From Paraspadella gotoi (lineage: Eukaryota > Animalia > Chaetognatha), in NCBI GenBank assembly GCA_051294375.1, contig CM119265.1:1914280-1978279 (forward strand): a stretch of 64,000 nt of DNA, in the 5' to 3' direction. The position numbers and the translations under genes were made by a program. Below, piece by piece: positions 50,628-63,628 of this stretch. The notes beneath the pieces are model-generated. The model did not search any database, was not told the DNA's origin, and saw only the letters and a list, made by a program, of their open reading frames with translations. Positions within the stretch are counted from its first letter, which is position 1; every line of letters starts with the position of its first letter.

Positions 50628-52994
50628 ATGGCAGCGATTAATTTCGAATTTTTGCGAGACGACGACGACGATAAAAAGGACGACGACATAGACAAAAACC
50701 AAGGTGAGTCACTAATATAACAAAAGAGTTGTCTTTATTTATTTATTATTATTATATTAACTTTATTTCTACCCCCCCCCCCTCCGAATTCAGTCGACGC
50801 GGACACGGAGAGTTCCGAATGCGGAGAACCGGAAATTGACGTCGCCGACGAGACCCTCCTGACGCCGATGCAGCGGCTGGAGAGGTTAGCCCGCTGCTTC
50901 TGCTTCCGCTGCTGCTGCTTCTGCTGCTATTTTGGTTTACCTTAAACATTAAGCAACTCCTCCACCTCCCCCCCTCCCCCCTCCAGATACCTGAACAGCG
51001 AGAACGCTTTCGAACGCCAGATGGTCGCACGGACTCTCTTGGACGGACTGAGGGAGAGTCTCCACGATCCGGATCAAACGGCGGGAATGCTCGATCACAT
51101 GAGCAAACTCTCCCACGATTCCGAGCCCATGGTGCGGGCGGAACTCATGGAGCAGATCCCTCACATCGCGATGCTTTGTCACGTCAACGCTCCCGCCGTT
51201 CCAAGGTCAATGGAGAGAGAGAGAGACAGACAGACAGACACGAGTCTCTTCTGTCCCTTAAATTAGACGAGAATCTCGCTTAAAAAAAAATTCAAAACAT
51301 TTTTCTAATAGAGAATTCCGTTCAAATCTGACTACCCAAATTGCAAACGCGTTTGCCAGAAATTCGGTTAAAAAACACTTGTAAAAACGCTCGATTCCGA
51401 GAGCGTTGCATCTGAAGAGCTTGTCCTATTCGTTTTATGTGCATTTGATAAAGGATTTAATATCAAACAAGCCAGGGGAAATGCACTACTCATCTCCGGA
51501 GAATTTTCAAACCTCATTTTTACTATAGAAATGAAAGGGAAAGTTTACAAACTTAAAATATGCAAACGGGATTGGCTATATGTTCCTGTTACATGAGCGA
51601 CTTCGAATTTTCGCGATTCTGATAGCTTTGTGTCTGAAGAGCTTGTCCTATTTTTCTTTTTCATTTTATAATGATTTTGACATAAAATGATCAGGTTTAA
51701 ATGAAATAGTCCGCGTTTGAATCGCAAAATTTTATTTAAAAAGAAATTAAAAGGAAAGGTTGAGAAAAAAACTGATTTTCTTTAATATCTTTTGAAGGAA
51801 TAAAGATAAAGGGATGGTAATAGTACCAAATGGAAGCCATTAATCATAGGCACATACAAGATACAATTTTAGAATTACTTATGCTGAAACCTCCTTTACA
51901 GGTGAGTGTCAAACTAAGTCAAAATTATAATGAATTTTAAAAACTATGACACCCCATAAGAATAAATGAAGATTTAATTCTTTTTAATGATTCTTAAAGA
52001 AAAAGGCTAAATTGTACTCTAGTAAAACTTTAAAGTTTTTTGGATAAAGAAAATGTGAATTTTTTGTCACTTAAATATTTGCTTGTCTGATTTTACAAGC
52101 ATGCTTACAAAATTCTACAAAATATTATTCACCCCATCACGGCCTAAGTATTTATCTTTCTTTTCCACAGCAAAAAGTAAACATTATTTTCTGAGAACAG
52201 GATGTTACTGAAATGAGCCGGAAGACATTCAACTCTTCACTTTACTGTCATTTTTCAATAATAAAATAGGCGAATTTTTTAATTATTTAACTCTCACAGG
52301 CTTCAAAAGACATTATACGTTCATAATATCCCAATGTTAATGTAATTTATTATATTTTTTACCCTTCGCTCGTTTAAGAAAAAAAAATTAACTAGCGGAA
52401 TTATAAGTTTGTAAGAGGAAGTCAGAATCGGCGAAAATCTTAAAAGGGGAGAATGTTGAAAAAAAGGGTTGGAATTTTGATTGGTTTCCTAAGATTTCTC
52501 CACAATGTGAGGTCCGATTAAAGCGAAACTTGAGATTTACAATATTCCCGTCATTCCACATCTATCGATATAAAAATATAAGAAAAAAGTCACTGGCTTC
52601 TTTTTCTATAACGGCTTCCTACTTAAATCTTAAGCGAATCCAATTCCTCTTTCTCCGCTCAACCCAGGGTCATGCCCGAGCGCATTCTCCCCATTTTGGT
52701 TCATTATCTTCGCGACAACAACAACCAAGTGAGGAAAACTAGTCAAGCGGCTCTGCTCGTCCTTTTGGAGCAAGGTAAGTCTTTCCGTCTCTCTCTCTCT
52801 CTCACTCCCTTATTAGATTCTTTTATAATGCCAGGCCTGCTGGACTCGGCGGACGTGAACCGCCAAGTGTGCCCCGTTCTGGAGGAGTTGACGGCCTTCG
52901 AGTCTGTCGACGATTTTCGGACGGAGGCCGTCGCTTTGATGACGAGGTGAAGAAATGAATGAAGGAGGAATAAAAGAAATGATTAAAAGGATCT

Positions 52995-53033
<39 letters not shown>

Positions 53034-56000
53034 GTCTCTTTCTCACAGAATGGCGTCGTTTTTGGGTCCGGAAATCACGGAAAATTTCTTCCTCCCTCGA
53101 TTCACGAACCTCTGTTCGGATAATCTCTTCCACGTGCGAAAAGTCTGCGCCGCCAACATCGGTCAGTTTTTTTTTTTTTTAAGTCGAGCGAATCTCGTTG
53201 CGGATGAAGTGAATCGCCGTCGACAATATTTTAAAACACAACGCGAATCCCTCATTTCCTTCATCATGAATTTGGTACAACCAATATAAAAATTATCCAT
53301 TCGTTTAATAAATATTAAATAAGTTATCTTGCCCCTGACTTTGGACAGGCTTTTGTGGTTTAGGTTTTTTTTTCTTTTCCGCTTTCTCTTATAAACTTCT
53401 GTAAATCTGTATTCTATCATGTAGTTCTTCCCCACACAAGTGAGCATCTGCTCTGCAAACGCGACATCTCCCGAGAGAAAAACGAAGAGGAAAACTCCTC
53501 TTCCCCGCCTTCTCTTCCCCTCCCGTACGCTACCTCAGTACGCCGACACGAGACAGAATCACTTCTCTGTTCGCGCCTTTGCGCTCACAGTCTCCCGGCT
53601 TTTTTACGAAAATATTTTTTGATTATTTTTTGTGAAATAATTTGCATATTTTTTCGTTTCTCTTTTTTTGGAGTTCAGAATACAGATATTCTTCACACGA
53701 TGGCTTTTTTGAAGTTCTCTCTTCACGGCCGCCATCTTTTTCGTCTTCGTTGTGCGTGGCTTCGGAGGAAGAGCCTTGACTCGGCCCTTTCGCTTGCCCT
53801 CGACGCACCCTGCGGGCTGCGGAGGGAAGAGCCGCGACTCGGCCCTCTCGTTTGCCCTCGGCGCTTAGTACGGCTGCAGGGGGAAGAACCTTGTTTCGGC
53901 CCCTTGTTTGTCCAGTGCTCTCCGTTTTTTGGACTGAGGCCGTGTTTTCAACTCGACTACCCTCATGTCTCTTCCGCCGCCTCCTTCGCCGCCGCCTCCA
54001 CCGCCGCTCACCGCCTCCACCATCAGCCATTCCGGGCTTTTCTGGTCAGGCCGAAGTCATGCCCCTTCAGATGGAGGCAGTTCTGCTCCAAATTAGCAAC
54101 GCTCTTTCTAGCGTTCGTCGCGAATTTAAGGAGTTTCGCCGCTCGTCTCGTTCCGAGTTGGAGAGTCTTCGGCGGTGAGTACTTCTTTCTTTCGTTTTTG
54201 TTTTTTCGCCTTTTTTTGGCGTACATTCGGCGTACAGAGGGGTTTTCCTCCTGTGCCCCACCTAACTCGACTTTGTTTGTTTGTTTTTTGTCGGGCCTTC
54301 GCCTGGTCTTGTTACAGGCTCACTTGTTGGTGGGGAAGAACTACATGATAGAATTTGTGGTTCCATATGGAACCGGGATTCTTCATGGTTCTTCCCACCA
54401 ACAACCACCCACGTCCACCCCTGGCACCACCGGTGGTGGAGGCGGCTCAGGCTCGCTTGTCTTGTTTGGTGGGTTTTTTTGGGGTTCCTTTTTTTGAGAC
54501 TGTCATTTTTCAATGATTTCTCTTTTTTTCCATGTACGTTTTCTTCATGGTTCTTGGATGCCTCTGTTCGCCATTTCGCCGTTCTTCGTCGATCTTCGTT
54601 TGTTCGCCAGCGACTTGGAGTCTTCGCGTTCTTTGGCGGCCTCTTCGGCGGCGGATCGGCCTTCACGCTCCGAGCGGGTGACTGCGTCACGCTTCCTCGT
54701 CGAGCCCGTCTGCGCAAGTCGACGACGACGCCTCCGTTTCCGGATCAGAGGAGGGTTCCTCCTCTGAGAGTCTGCTGCGGGTTTGACAACTTCTTGTCTC
54801 GTCGTGCTTCTATACAGCCTTCGGAGTGGGTCCTGCAGCAGTGGAAGGATTTGCGCAGTTGGCCAGGACGACGTTCTTTTACCGTCGTGGACGTGCTTTC
54901 CGCCAATACGCGTTTTCGGCGCTGGTCGGATGTTTCTTCGCCGGCGGAGTTTCGTCCTCCTGCTCAAGAGAGTTGCCTTGCCGCTCAGTTCGACGCCGTT
55001 CGGAAGGACTCCAAGACGACGCGCGCTTTCAAGGCTTTTGAGCGCATCATGAGGGACGCCTGAGCGTCCGCTCATGCTGTCCTTTCTGTCGCTGACGCTC
55101 TCCGCCTCATGGTTGAGGCCCTACGCTCGGAGGGGCCCGGTGCAGTGGACGCAGGCCACCTTGACGATCTTGCCAGCCCCTTGGAGACGCCTCGTCGGGT
55201 TTGGCGGCGATTTTTGGTTCTCTCCGCGTCTCGGCGCTTAGTTGTCGACGCTGCCCCTTCGGATCTCAAGACAGTTGTCCAGTTCTCCGCCCTCCACGTC
55301 GTTCTTTTTCGGAGACCGCTCCACAGACGTCACTCAAGCGTTCCATTCTTCGCTCTCCGCTCCGGGCGCCACACAATTGCGCCTGTTCTGCTAGCCGCAA
55401 GCGTGGGCGTGGCAGTCCGTGTAGTCCCGCTCGCCGTCCCTACCGGCCTCGCAAGTCTTCGCCGCCTCCCAAGCGTAGGGCGGGGCTCCAGGGACGTCTA
55501 AGGACGCCGACTGATCGCCCGACAGCTCTTTCGGCCGTTGCCTCGTCCGGCCTCAGGTTCTCCAGGCCCGGATTCGTCCATGGACTGGTTTTTTTGCGGT
55601 TTCTCATCCCCCCCTTCTACGACGTCCGGTCAAGTGGGCGTGGCACGTCACCGGAAGTCTTCGCGGGATTCCCCCTCTTGGTTTGCTTGGTTACGAGTGA
55701 TTCTGTCTCGTGTCGGCGTACTGAGGTAGCGTACGGGAGGGGAAGAGAAGGCGGGGAAGAGGATTTTCCTCTCGTTTTTCTCTCGGGAGATGTCGCGTTT
55801 GCAGAGCAGATGCTCACTTGTTGGTGGGGAAGAACCATGAAGAATCCGGTTCCATATGGAACCACAAATTCCGTTTTTTCTTATCGATATTCCCCCCATC
55901 CCTCTTTCCCATATTCCTTTTTTCCGCCTCATTCCTATTTCCCCATTCCCTTTTCCCCACTTTTACTATTCCCCCCCCCTCCGCCCCCTTTCTCCGTTCT

Positions 56001-59000
56001 TTTCTCTCCTCTCTTTTTTACCCCACCCCCCATCTTCCCAGGCGACATGTGCAGCGTGGTGGGACGCGGTGCCACCGAAGAGTATCTTCTCCCCAAATTC
56101 TTCTACCTCTGCGAAGACGGAGTGTGGGGCGTGAGGAAGGCCTGCGCTGAGTGCTACATGAGCGTCTCCACGGCGTGTTCTCAGGGAAGGCGTCAAACGC
56201 AACTGGCGCCCATGTTCGTCAACCTGCTCTGCGATCAATCCAGGCAAGAGGCGCGAGGGCATTCCGGGAAAAGGATGTGAATGCGTCGCTTAAGTCTCAT
56301 TTCTTTTTCTTTTTTCTTTTTCTTTTCCTTTTTCTTTTCCTTTTCCTTTTTCTCATATCTTTTTCTTCTGGAAACGTTTACTCAAGCTTCTCCATTGTCT
56401 GTCATCTGGCAGACTCTTCCTCTCTCATCTCTCACAGGGTTTTGTCTCACCGTATTTTTTCTACTCCTTTTTCAATAATCTTACATGAGCCAGTTTAAAA
56501 TATACAATGTCGCCTTGTCACTAGCCACTAACTTTAAGTGTTATAGGGGAGCGTTTTACTTCAGTGTTGTATGGTTACTTTGTTGTCCTGGAGGTTGACT
56601 CTGATGTTTAGTTGTTTTACTCTTGATGGCGCGGTGATGTTGTCCTCTGATGTTGATGTCTTATTATTTATTGTTTTCCTCATTTCCTCCCCAGGTGGGT
56701 CCGCATGGCGGCCTTCCAACAACTCGGTCCCTTCATCTCCACCTTCGCCGAATCCGAGGAGCGAATAACGGAGAACGAGGACAGCAGCATCATGAGTCAA
56801 GCGGACGAAATGCTCGGCGGCGCAGCAGCCAAGCCCGCCGCAAACTCCACCTCCGACGCGACGACGCCGCTCGTTGCCAACGCCACGCAACTGGCGAATT
56901 CATCCGCTCCATCCTCAGCGGCGACATCGAGTCACCCCGCCGCTCCGCCAGTCCCCGCCTCCGCCGCGCCGCCGCCGCCCGCGCCGCCGACTTCCTCGTC
57001 GGTCACCATCGAGATTGAACCCGCCGACGCCGCCGAATCCACGCCGACCAACTTTTCCTCGGTTGCCATGGAGATCGACGCGGCGTCGACGCCCGACCCC
57101 GCCCACTCAGACTCGGACGTCTCCTCGGAGGAGCGAAGAGCGGCTTGGTTCCTTTGTATCCGAGAATCGTCCGGCGAACCGGCGCCGACGCATCCGTGCG
57201 GCGTCGTCACGGCGTCCATCGCACAAACCTCCCTCGAATCAATCAATCCCGCCGAGCCGGAGACGTTGACGACGACAACCACCACAACAACGACGACGAC
57301 GACGACGACTCCGTCCATGGAAGATGACTTCAACAACTTCAACTACTGGTACATCCCTCCGCCAGCGATCGAGGATCTTGCGGCGGCGGCGACGACGATC
57401 CTTTCCCCTTCGATTCCTCGACCGACGGGATTCTTGGATGGAATCATCGGCGCCGAAAATGGAACGATAGAGGGCGTGGAGAGGCTCACCATTGAAGAGG
57501 CCAAGGAAGAGGAGGAGGCGAGAGTTTGGGACGAGCGGGAGGAAGAGATTCCCGAAAATCTTAAGGCGAGTTAAGGGAGAGGGAAATAATAAAAATAATA
57601 ATAATAATAGAAATAATAATAAAAATAATAAAAAATAAAATGGTAAAAGCGTTTAGAAATTAACCGTTTGTTAAGGAATGAGGTTATCTTGTCTCATGGA
57701 AGGTTCCATCCGTTTTATTTTAAACCGTTTAGTTTTAATTTTAACCGATTATAAGCTGAATGAATAAACGAGAACTGGGCTGAACTGCAAGCTTTCAATT
57801 TCGTAGCCTCGTCCTTGGTTTCCTTATTTGAGATTGTCAGTTTAATAATAATTAAGCAAATAGTAAATAATATATTTGACTAGTATTTGGTGTGTTTTCC
57901 AGGATCCTCCCTTAGCTATGTCTTCGCCGGACAAGGCCGACGAGTCGACGACGACGAGCGACGCGAAAGAGATGATCGTCCACGATCCCGCCGCTCACTT
58001 ATTCGCCGGTAAATCTTTTGAGATCCACGGCGATTAAAATGTCAACGTTCGAGACAAAGACCCATCGTGTCTCTCTCTCTCTCCCCCCCCCCCCTTGGCC
58101 ACTTCCAGACGACGACGACGACGACGGGGAACCCCCTCTCCTCCTCGTCTCACCTCAGGACGACGGCCTGACCTCTCGACGGGGCGGGGCGCTCGGCTCT
58201 TACCTCGACCCTCTCACCGAAGAGGGCGAGGAGAGGGGACGGGAGGCGGAGGCGTTGGTGTTTCAGCCGCGGCAGGTGAATAGAAAGACGAAGGAAATGA
58301 TGTAACAAAGATGAAGATAAAATGAATCCAAGACGAAGGAAATGATGTAACAAAGATGAAGATAAAATGAATCGAAGACGAAGGAAATGATGTAACAAAG
58401 ATGAAGAAAAAATGAATCAAAGAGGATGTATTCGGCGATAAACTTTTTCGACTCGTTTCCACAGAACGTCGTCCCGTCAGACTTGTTGGATTATTTCCTC
58501 TCGATGGCGGATCCCGCCAAAGTTCAGGTTGGTTTGCGAGTTTTCGATTTGATTTGCGTTTTTGAGTCTCATGATTCGTTAACATATATCGCAGCATTCT
58601 CTATTGGGGTCGGGTTGAGTAATCTTTTTTGTCGGTCGCCAGTAGTTGATATTATCTGAGAAGTAATTTAATTAAGTGGGAATTTAGGTGAGAAAATGAC
58701 CATTTTGTGATGGAGACAATATCGTGGACAATCTGTAAATTCGTAAAATTTCTAATTTCGTTGTTATATCAATTCTACGCAAGCAGAAAGTTGTAATTCG
58801 ATTTTCTTCGGGTTTTGTAGGTTTTGTTCAATTGCGAAAGCAATTTGTACAGACATGGAAAATATGATATTCAAGGCGGAAATTTAAGAATTCAAACTGG
58901 CGAAGATGGTTCTCGTAAAATTCTCAATCCTTTTCCCGTCAGACCGTGGACACTGAGTTGACGCGCCACTGCGCCTTCTCCATCCCAGCCGTCGCCCTCA

Positions 59001-60682
59001 CTCTCGGTCGCAAGAACTGGGGTTGCCTGAAGGAGATCTACGAGACGCTGGCCTCCGACATGCAATGGAAGGTCCGCTACACGCTCGCCTGCTCCTTCCA
59101 CGAGATGTCCAAGATCATGGGGCAGGACATCACGACGAGGGATCTCCTCCCGGTCTTCGACGGATTCCTCAAAGATCTCGACGAAGTCCGCATCGGGATC
59201 CTCAAACATCTCGCCGACTTTTTCGAGCTGCTGCTGCCCAAGGACAAGAAGACGGTAAAGGCGAAGGACGATGGGAGGAGGAAACCGAGCTTTTCTCAGA
59301 AATTTTCATTTTTTTTTCATTTTTGGACAGTATTTGCGACGAATTCGCGATTTCATGAACTGCGACAATCAACGGAATTGGCGATTTCGTTTGGAACTGG
59401 CGAACCAGGTGAGACGTTCTGCGGTCTAAACTGTCATCGGCAGCGCCGCCGCCTTCGCCGCTTCCGCCGCCGCAGGAATTAAACCCCGCCTTTTCTCCTT
59501 TATCCACCTTTCGCTTTCAGCTGTCGCCGCTGGCTTCTTTGTTCGAACCGCGAGACGTCGCCGACCACATCCTTCCCATCGCCTTCGAGCTTTCCTTCGA
59601 CCGCGTCGCCAAGGTCAGCATTTTTCGATCTCAACTACGTTATAATTATTATATTATTATTATTATATTATAATTTCTAAGTTTAATGATTTTCCGTTGC
59701 TAATTTTTCTTTTGTTCCTTTCTTCTCTTTATCTCCATTCCTGGCTTGTTTTCTTCTCCTTGCCGTTTTACTCCTCCTTCCCTCCTCATTTTCTTCCCAT
59801 TCTCCATCCCTTCCTTCCTTCCCCTTTCCTTCCCTTCCTTTCTTCCCCCCCCAACCCAGGTTCGCTTCTCCTCCTTCCGCGCGATGTGCGCATGCGCCAA
59901 ATCTTTCGAGTTCGGTGTCCCCGCTCCCAACTCCGCCCATTCAACCACGGAATCGCACGACGCCACTCCCTCTCCCACGAGGTACACTTCTTACTAATAT
60001 TTATATTTATTTTTAGTTCTTTTAACTTCTTCTCTCTTTCAGTTTTGCGCCGATTCCCGGGGACGAGTCACTCGTCAAGTCATTTCTCTCTTCTCTCATC
60101 ACGAGATTTTCCACTTCGTCCAAGTGGCTCGATCGACAGGTTCGCCGCATTTTATATTTGTCATTTGACTTTTGATCTAACCATTGTCTTTATCTCACTC
60201 TTTCCTATTTTCTCCCTTACTTTTCTTATTTCCTCCTTTTCCCGCCCTTTTCAGGCCTTCACCGTGGTTTCCGGCATGCTCCTGGCGCAAGAGGCGGTGA
60301 CTCAGCAACACTTTGACGAATACCTCCTTCTGCCTCTTTGCCAATTGCAAATGGACACGGTGGCCAACGTGCGACTCACCTTGGCTCGAACTCTGGCCAC
60401 TCACGTCATCACCAAACCTCACTTCAGCAGCGAAGCCTCGCGACTACGCTGCATCTACGGCGTCGAGTTGCAGCAGGTAAGTTCCATCCATCCATTCAAT
60501 CCTTCCTTCATTCATCCTACCATCCCTCCATCCATGCCCCGATCCAGGCGCTGGACACTCTCCGTCAAGACTCGGACATCGACGTCCGTTTCTGCGCTGA
60601 AGGGGGCTTCAAGAGCGACGGGGAGATGCGGGCGGGAAGCGACGACGAGGGCGAACAGTTCCTCAGCCCAGAGTACCACTGA
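50628..60682 (+). CDS. PPP4R1: Serine/threonine phosphatase 4 regulatory subunit 1 (HEAT repeats), multi-exon
   Basis: DSEPMVRAELMEQIPHIA, NQVRKTSQAALLVLLEQ, DGVWGVRKACAEC, HCAFSIPAVALTLGRKNW, LASDMQWKVR, FLKDLDEVRIG. Confidence 0.93.
53411..55870 (+). mobile_element. Non-autonomous DIRS1-like retroelement, copy 2, in a PPP4R1 intron
   Basis: Left ITR 53411-53563; right ITR plus extension 55696-55870; ICR 54318-54404; ATT at both termini; gag-like ORF (~54059-55478, with indels) with predicted intron 54175-54610. Confidence 0.88.
58287..58420. repeat. ~45-bp tandem repeat x3
   Basis: GACGAAGGAAATGATGTAACAAAGATGAAGATAAAATGAATC units in a PPP4R1 intron. Confidence 0.85.
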
Positions 60683-61996
60683 ACGGGATGGTACAGTTCC
60701 CTCGTCCCACAGTTCTCCTTTCCGAGCAGACGCCCACAGTTTCTCACCTCGAAAGATTTTTTCGCTGCGGAGCTGCGGCGCTGGGGCGCGACAAACTCTG
60801 GCGGCGAGAAAGAGAAACTCATTCCCGCGTTTGTGGCGAAACAAACTGGAAAACCAATTTCCTTGTTTTTTTCTTCGACGAAACGAAACTTTGCGCAATT
60901 AATCCGTATGAAACAAGTATTATATATATATATATACGTATTTTTGTTTTTTAATTTTAGCAAATTAAATAAGATAAGGATAAAAAAATTGTTTAGTAAA
61001 TATTAAAAAAAAAGCTAAAATGACAATTGATTAAGAAAAACATTTTTTGAAATAATATTTAATATTTATTTCGATTTATGTCAAAATTTGCGTTTAATTT
61101 TTATATAATATTATTTGTGTGCAAGTGCTGTTAAAATTTGTGTTCAACTTTTAGGTCCAATTAAAATCTTTGGGTTCACGCGTTTCCATTTATTTTTCAT
61201 TTCTTAAATTTTCTTTCCCGCTAACCTCTCCCTAATTATTTACATTCCTCCGAGAGAGCGAGTCATCCAGTCATTTTGTGTTGTTGTTGTTTTTGTTCTT
61301 TTGTCGAGTTTTCCGAGGGCGGGATACATTTTCCATCATCGCTTTTCCTTGACGAATGAGGAATTGATGATCGCTTTGCAATCGTATCCCCCGCGTTTCT
61401 TATCATCGTCTTGGAGTCGCGTCTTCCATCTTCGCCTCTTCGTTAAGTCATGCGGCGATCGTCTTTGCTTCCTTTAATCATGCGGCGATCGTCTCCGCTC
61501 TTTAGTTATTTGGTAATCGTCTTTGTTCTCATATGCGGCGTTCAGTCTAGTCACCATCATTTTTGCTTTTGTCTTCTTTACTCGTATAGCAACATCTATA
61601 TTTATACGATTGCCGAATGACTAAAGGAAAAAGGATTGTTGTATGGCTGAAACTAAAAACAATCCCTGTCCGGTAATCTCCTAACTGACGCGGTGTTTAT
61701 TATTACTTTTAGTCATAATGCACTTGTTTTTGTTATCATTGGTTATGCAACAGCTACGTATTGTCATGTAGCGATCGTCTTCGCCACCCGCGATCTTCGT
61801 CTCCCTCGTGTCATGCGGCGATCGTCTCGACCACCTTCAGTCAGGTGGCGCTGATTTTCGTCCCTGTACTTAGCTAGCGACTACAAAAATCGTCCCAATC
61901 TCAACAAACTGATTCGTTTTTTCTTTATTTTTTCTTTATCTCTGCAGATGCAAATTGAACAAAAGAATAAAGGTTCTTTCTGACTAATACTAAACA

Positions 61997-63568
61997 ATGG
62001 CGGGTTCCTCTTTCTTCCAACAAATAAACTCCCTCCTCTACCGCAACCTGCTGTTGAAGCGCAAAAACTTTCGCCAGTTGCTGGAGGAGATTTTTATCCC
62101 CATCATCGTCGCCGCCTCCTTCTCGGCCTTCAGCTTCAAACTCACCCAAAATGAGTCGCTGGAGAAGAGAGTAGCCTTTCCAGAGTATCGGTTTAAGGGT
62201 AAGAGAGAGAGCGATAGAGATGAAGAAGAAAAAAGAGAGAGAGAATAAGAAAGTAAGAGACAGAGAAAGAAAAAAGCTTCAAGCATTGAGCAATTCAACA
62301 GACATTTTCTTTTCTTTTTTTTTTTTTTTTTTTTTTTTGCTTTTCCCCACCTTCATTTCTTGGGGGAAAAAAAAGCAGACCCCCGCTTTCTCCCGTCCCC
62401 TCTCCCTTATCCTCTCCCCCTCTAATCCCACCACCCTCTTCCTCGCCTCCTTCCTTCGCCATCGTCTCCCCTTTTCTTCCGTGGAGGTGAAGCCGAACGC
62501 GTCGTCGATGGAGGAAGCGTTCGATGCTGATCCCGACGCGTTTTACGGTGGCGTCGCTTTCCAGTTCGAGGCGGGAGGTGAGTACACCGAGTAGTCGGGC
62601 CATGTTAGAGGTGTTCGATGCTGATCATGATGCGTTTTCAGTTTGTGGATGAAGGTTGGAAAGGGAGAGAGATGGAGAAAGCTTTTGTACTGATTCTCCT
62701 TTTTTTTCTTCATCCCGTCTCTTCTCCCCCCTTTCCCTCCCTCTGCCATTTCTCTTTCTACCTTCCTCCTCCGACTTTCCTTCTCCAACCTTCCTCCTCC
62801 GTTTCAGAACCCAAGTACCGCGTCAAGTACGAAATCCGTCTTCCTTACGAACGCGCGCCCAAACACTCTTCCTTTAGTTCCAGTCGTCATTGTCACGATG
62901 CCTCGGGTCTTCATCGCGGGTAAGGCCACTTGGAGATCCTCTTCATTACTCTCCCAAACCTTATCAATCTCTCCTTCTCCAGCTGCATCGCGCATTCGTA
63001 TCTTCTCTCTGGCTTCGCCTTTCTCCAAGCAACCGTCGACGAAGGACTGCTGCGACTGTGGGACTCGAATTCCTCGTCGCTGCCGTCGGCCGCCGAGTGG
63101 CTCGTCCAGATGCTCCCGAGGGAGATCGCGTCGCGCTCTTACCAGAGTCATCACGACGTTAAAGTGAGGCAGTTGAAAGAATTCACTGGTAACATTTATT
63201 TGTTTATTTAATCAACTATTTATATTGATTTATTCGGTAACTAAGTATTTAATGTCTCCACCAGGATTACGTGAAAGCGTTTTCATTCCCAATTTTTCTG
63301 CCTTTCGTCTTCTACAGCCTCATCACTTCGCTGACCATCGGCTTGGTCGCCGAAAAGGTGAGACGGAGCTCTGACTCTTTTCAATTTTAACTCAATATTA
63401 ATTTTATTTTAAATAAAAAATTCAGGAGAAAGGCCTGAAAAAGTCTCTCCGCCTGATGGGCATGTCAGAGTCGGCCTACTGGATCGCCTGGTTCATCGTC
63501 TATCTCATCGTCTGCGTCGTCGTCGTCGGTGTCGTCGTCGCCGTTTTTCGAATCGGAAGCCTTTTGAA

Positions 63569-63628
<60 letters not shown>

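Noticed and set aside
51265-52640. AT-rich 1.3-kb block in a PPP4R1 intron with duplicated TCTGAAGAGCTTGTCCTATT
   Set aside because: Probably a transposon remnant, but no convincing termini, ORF or second copy
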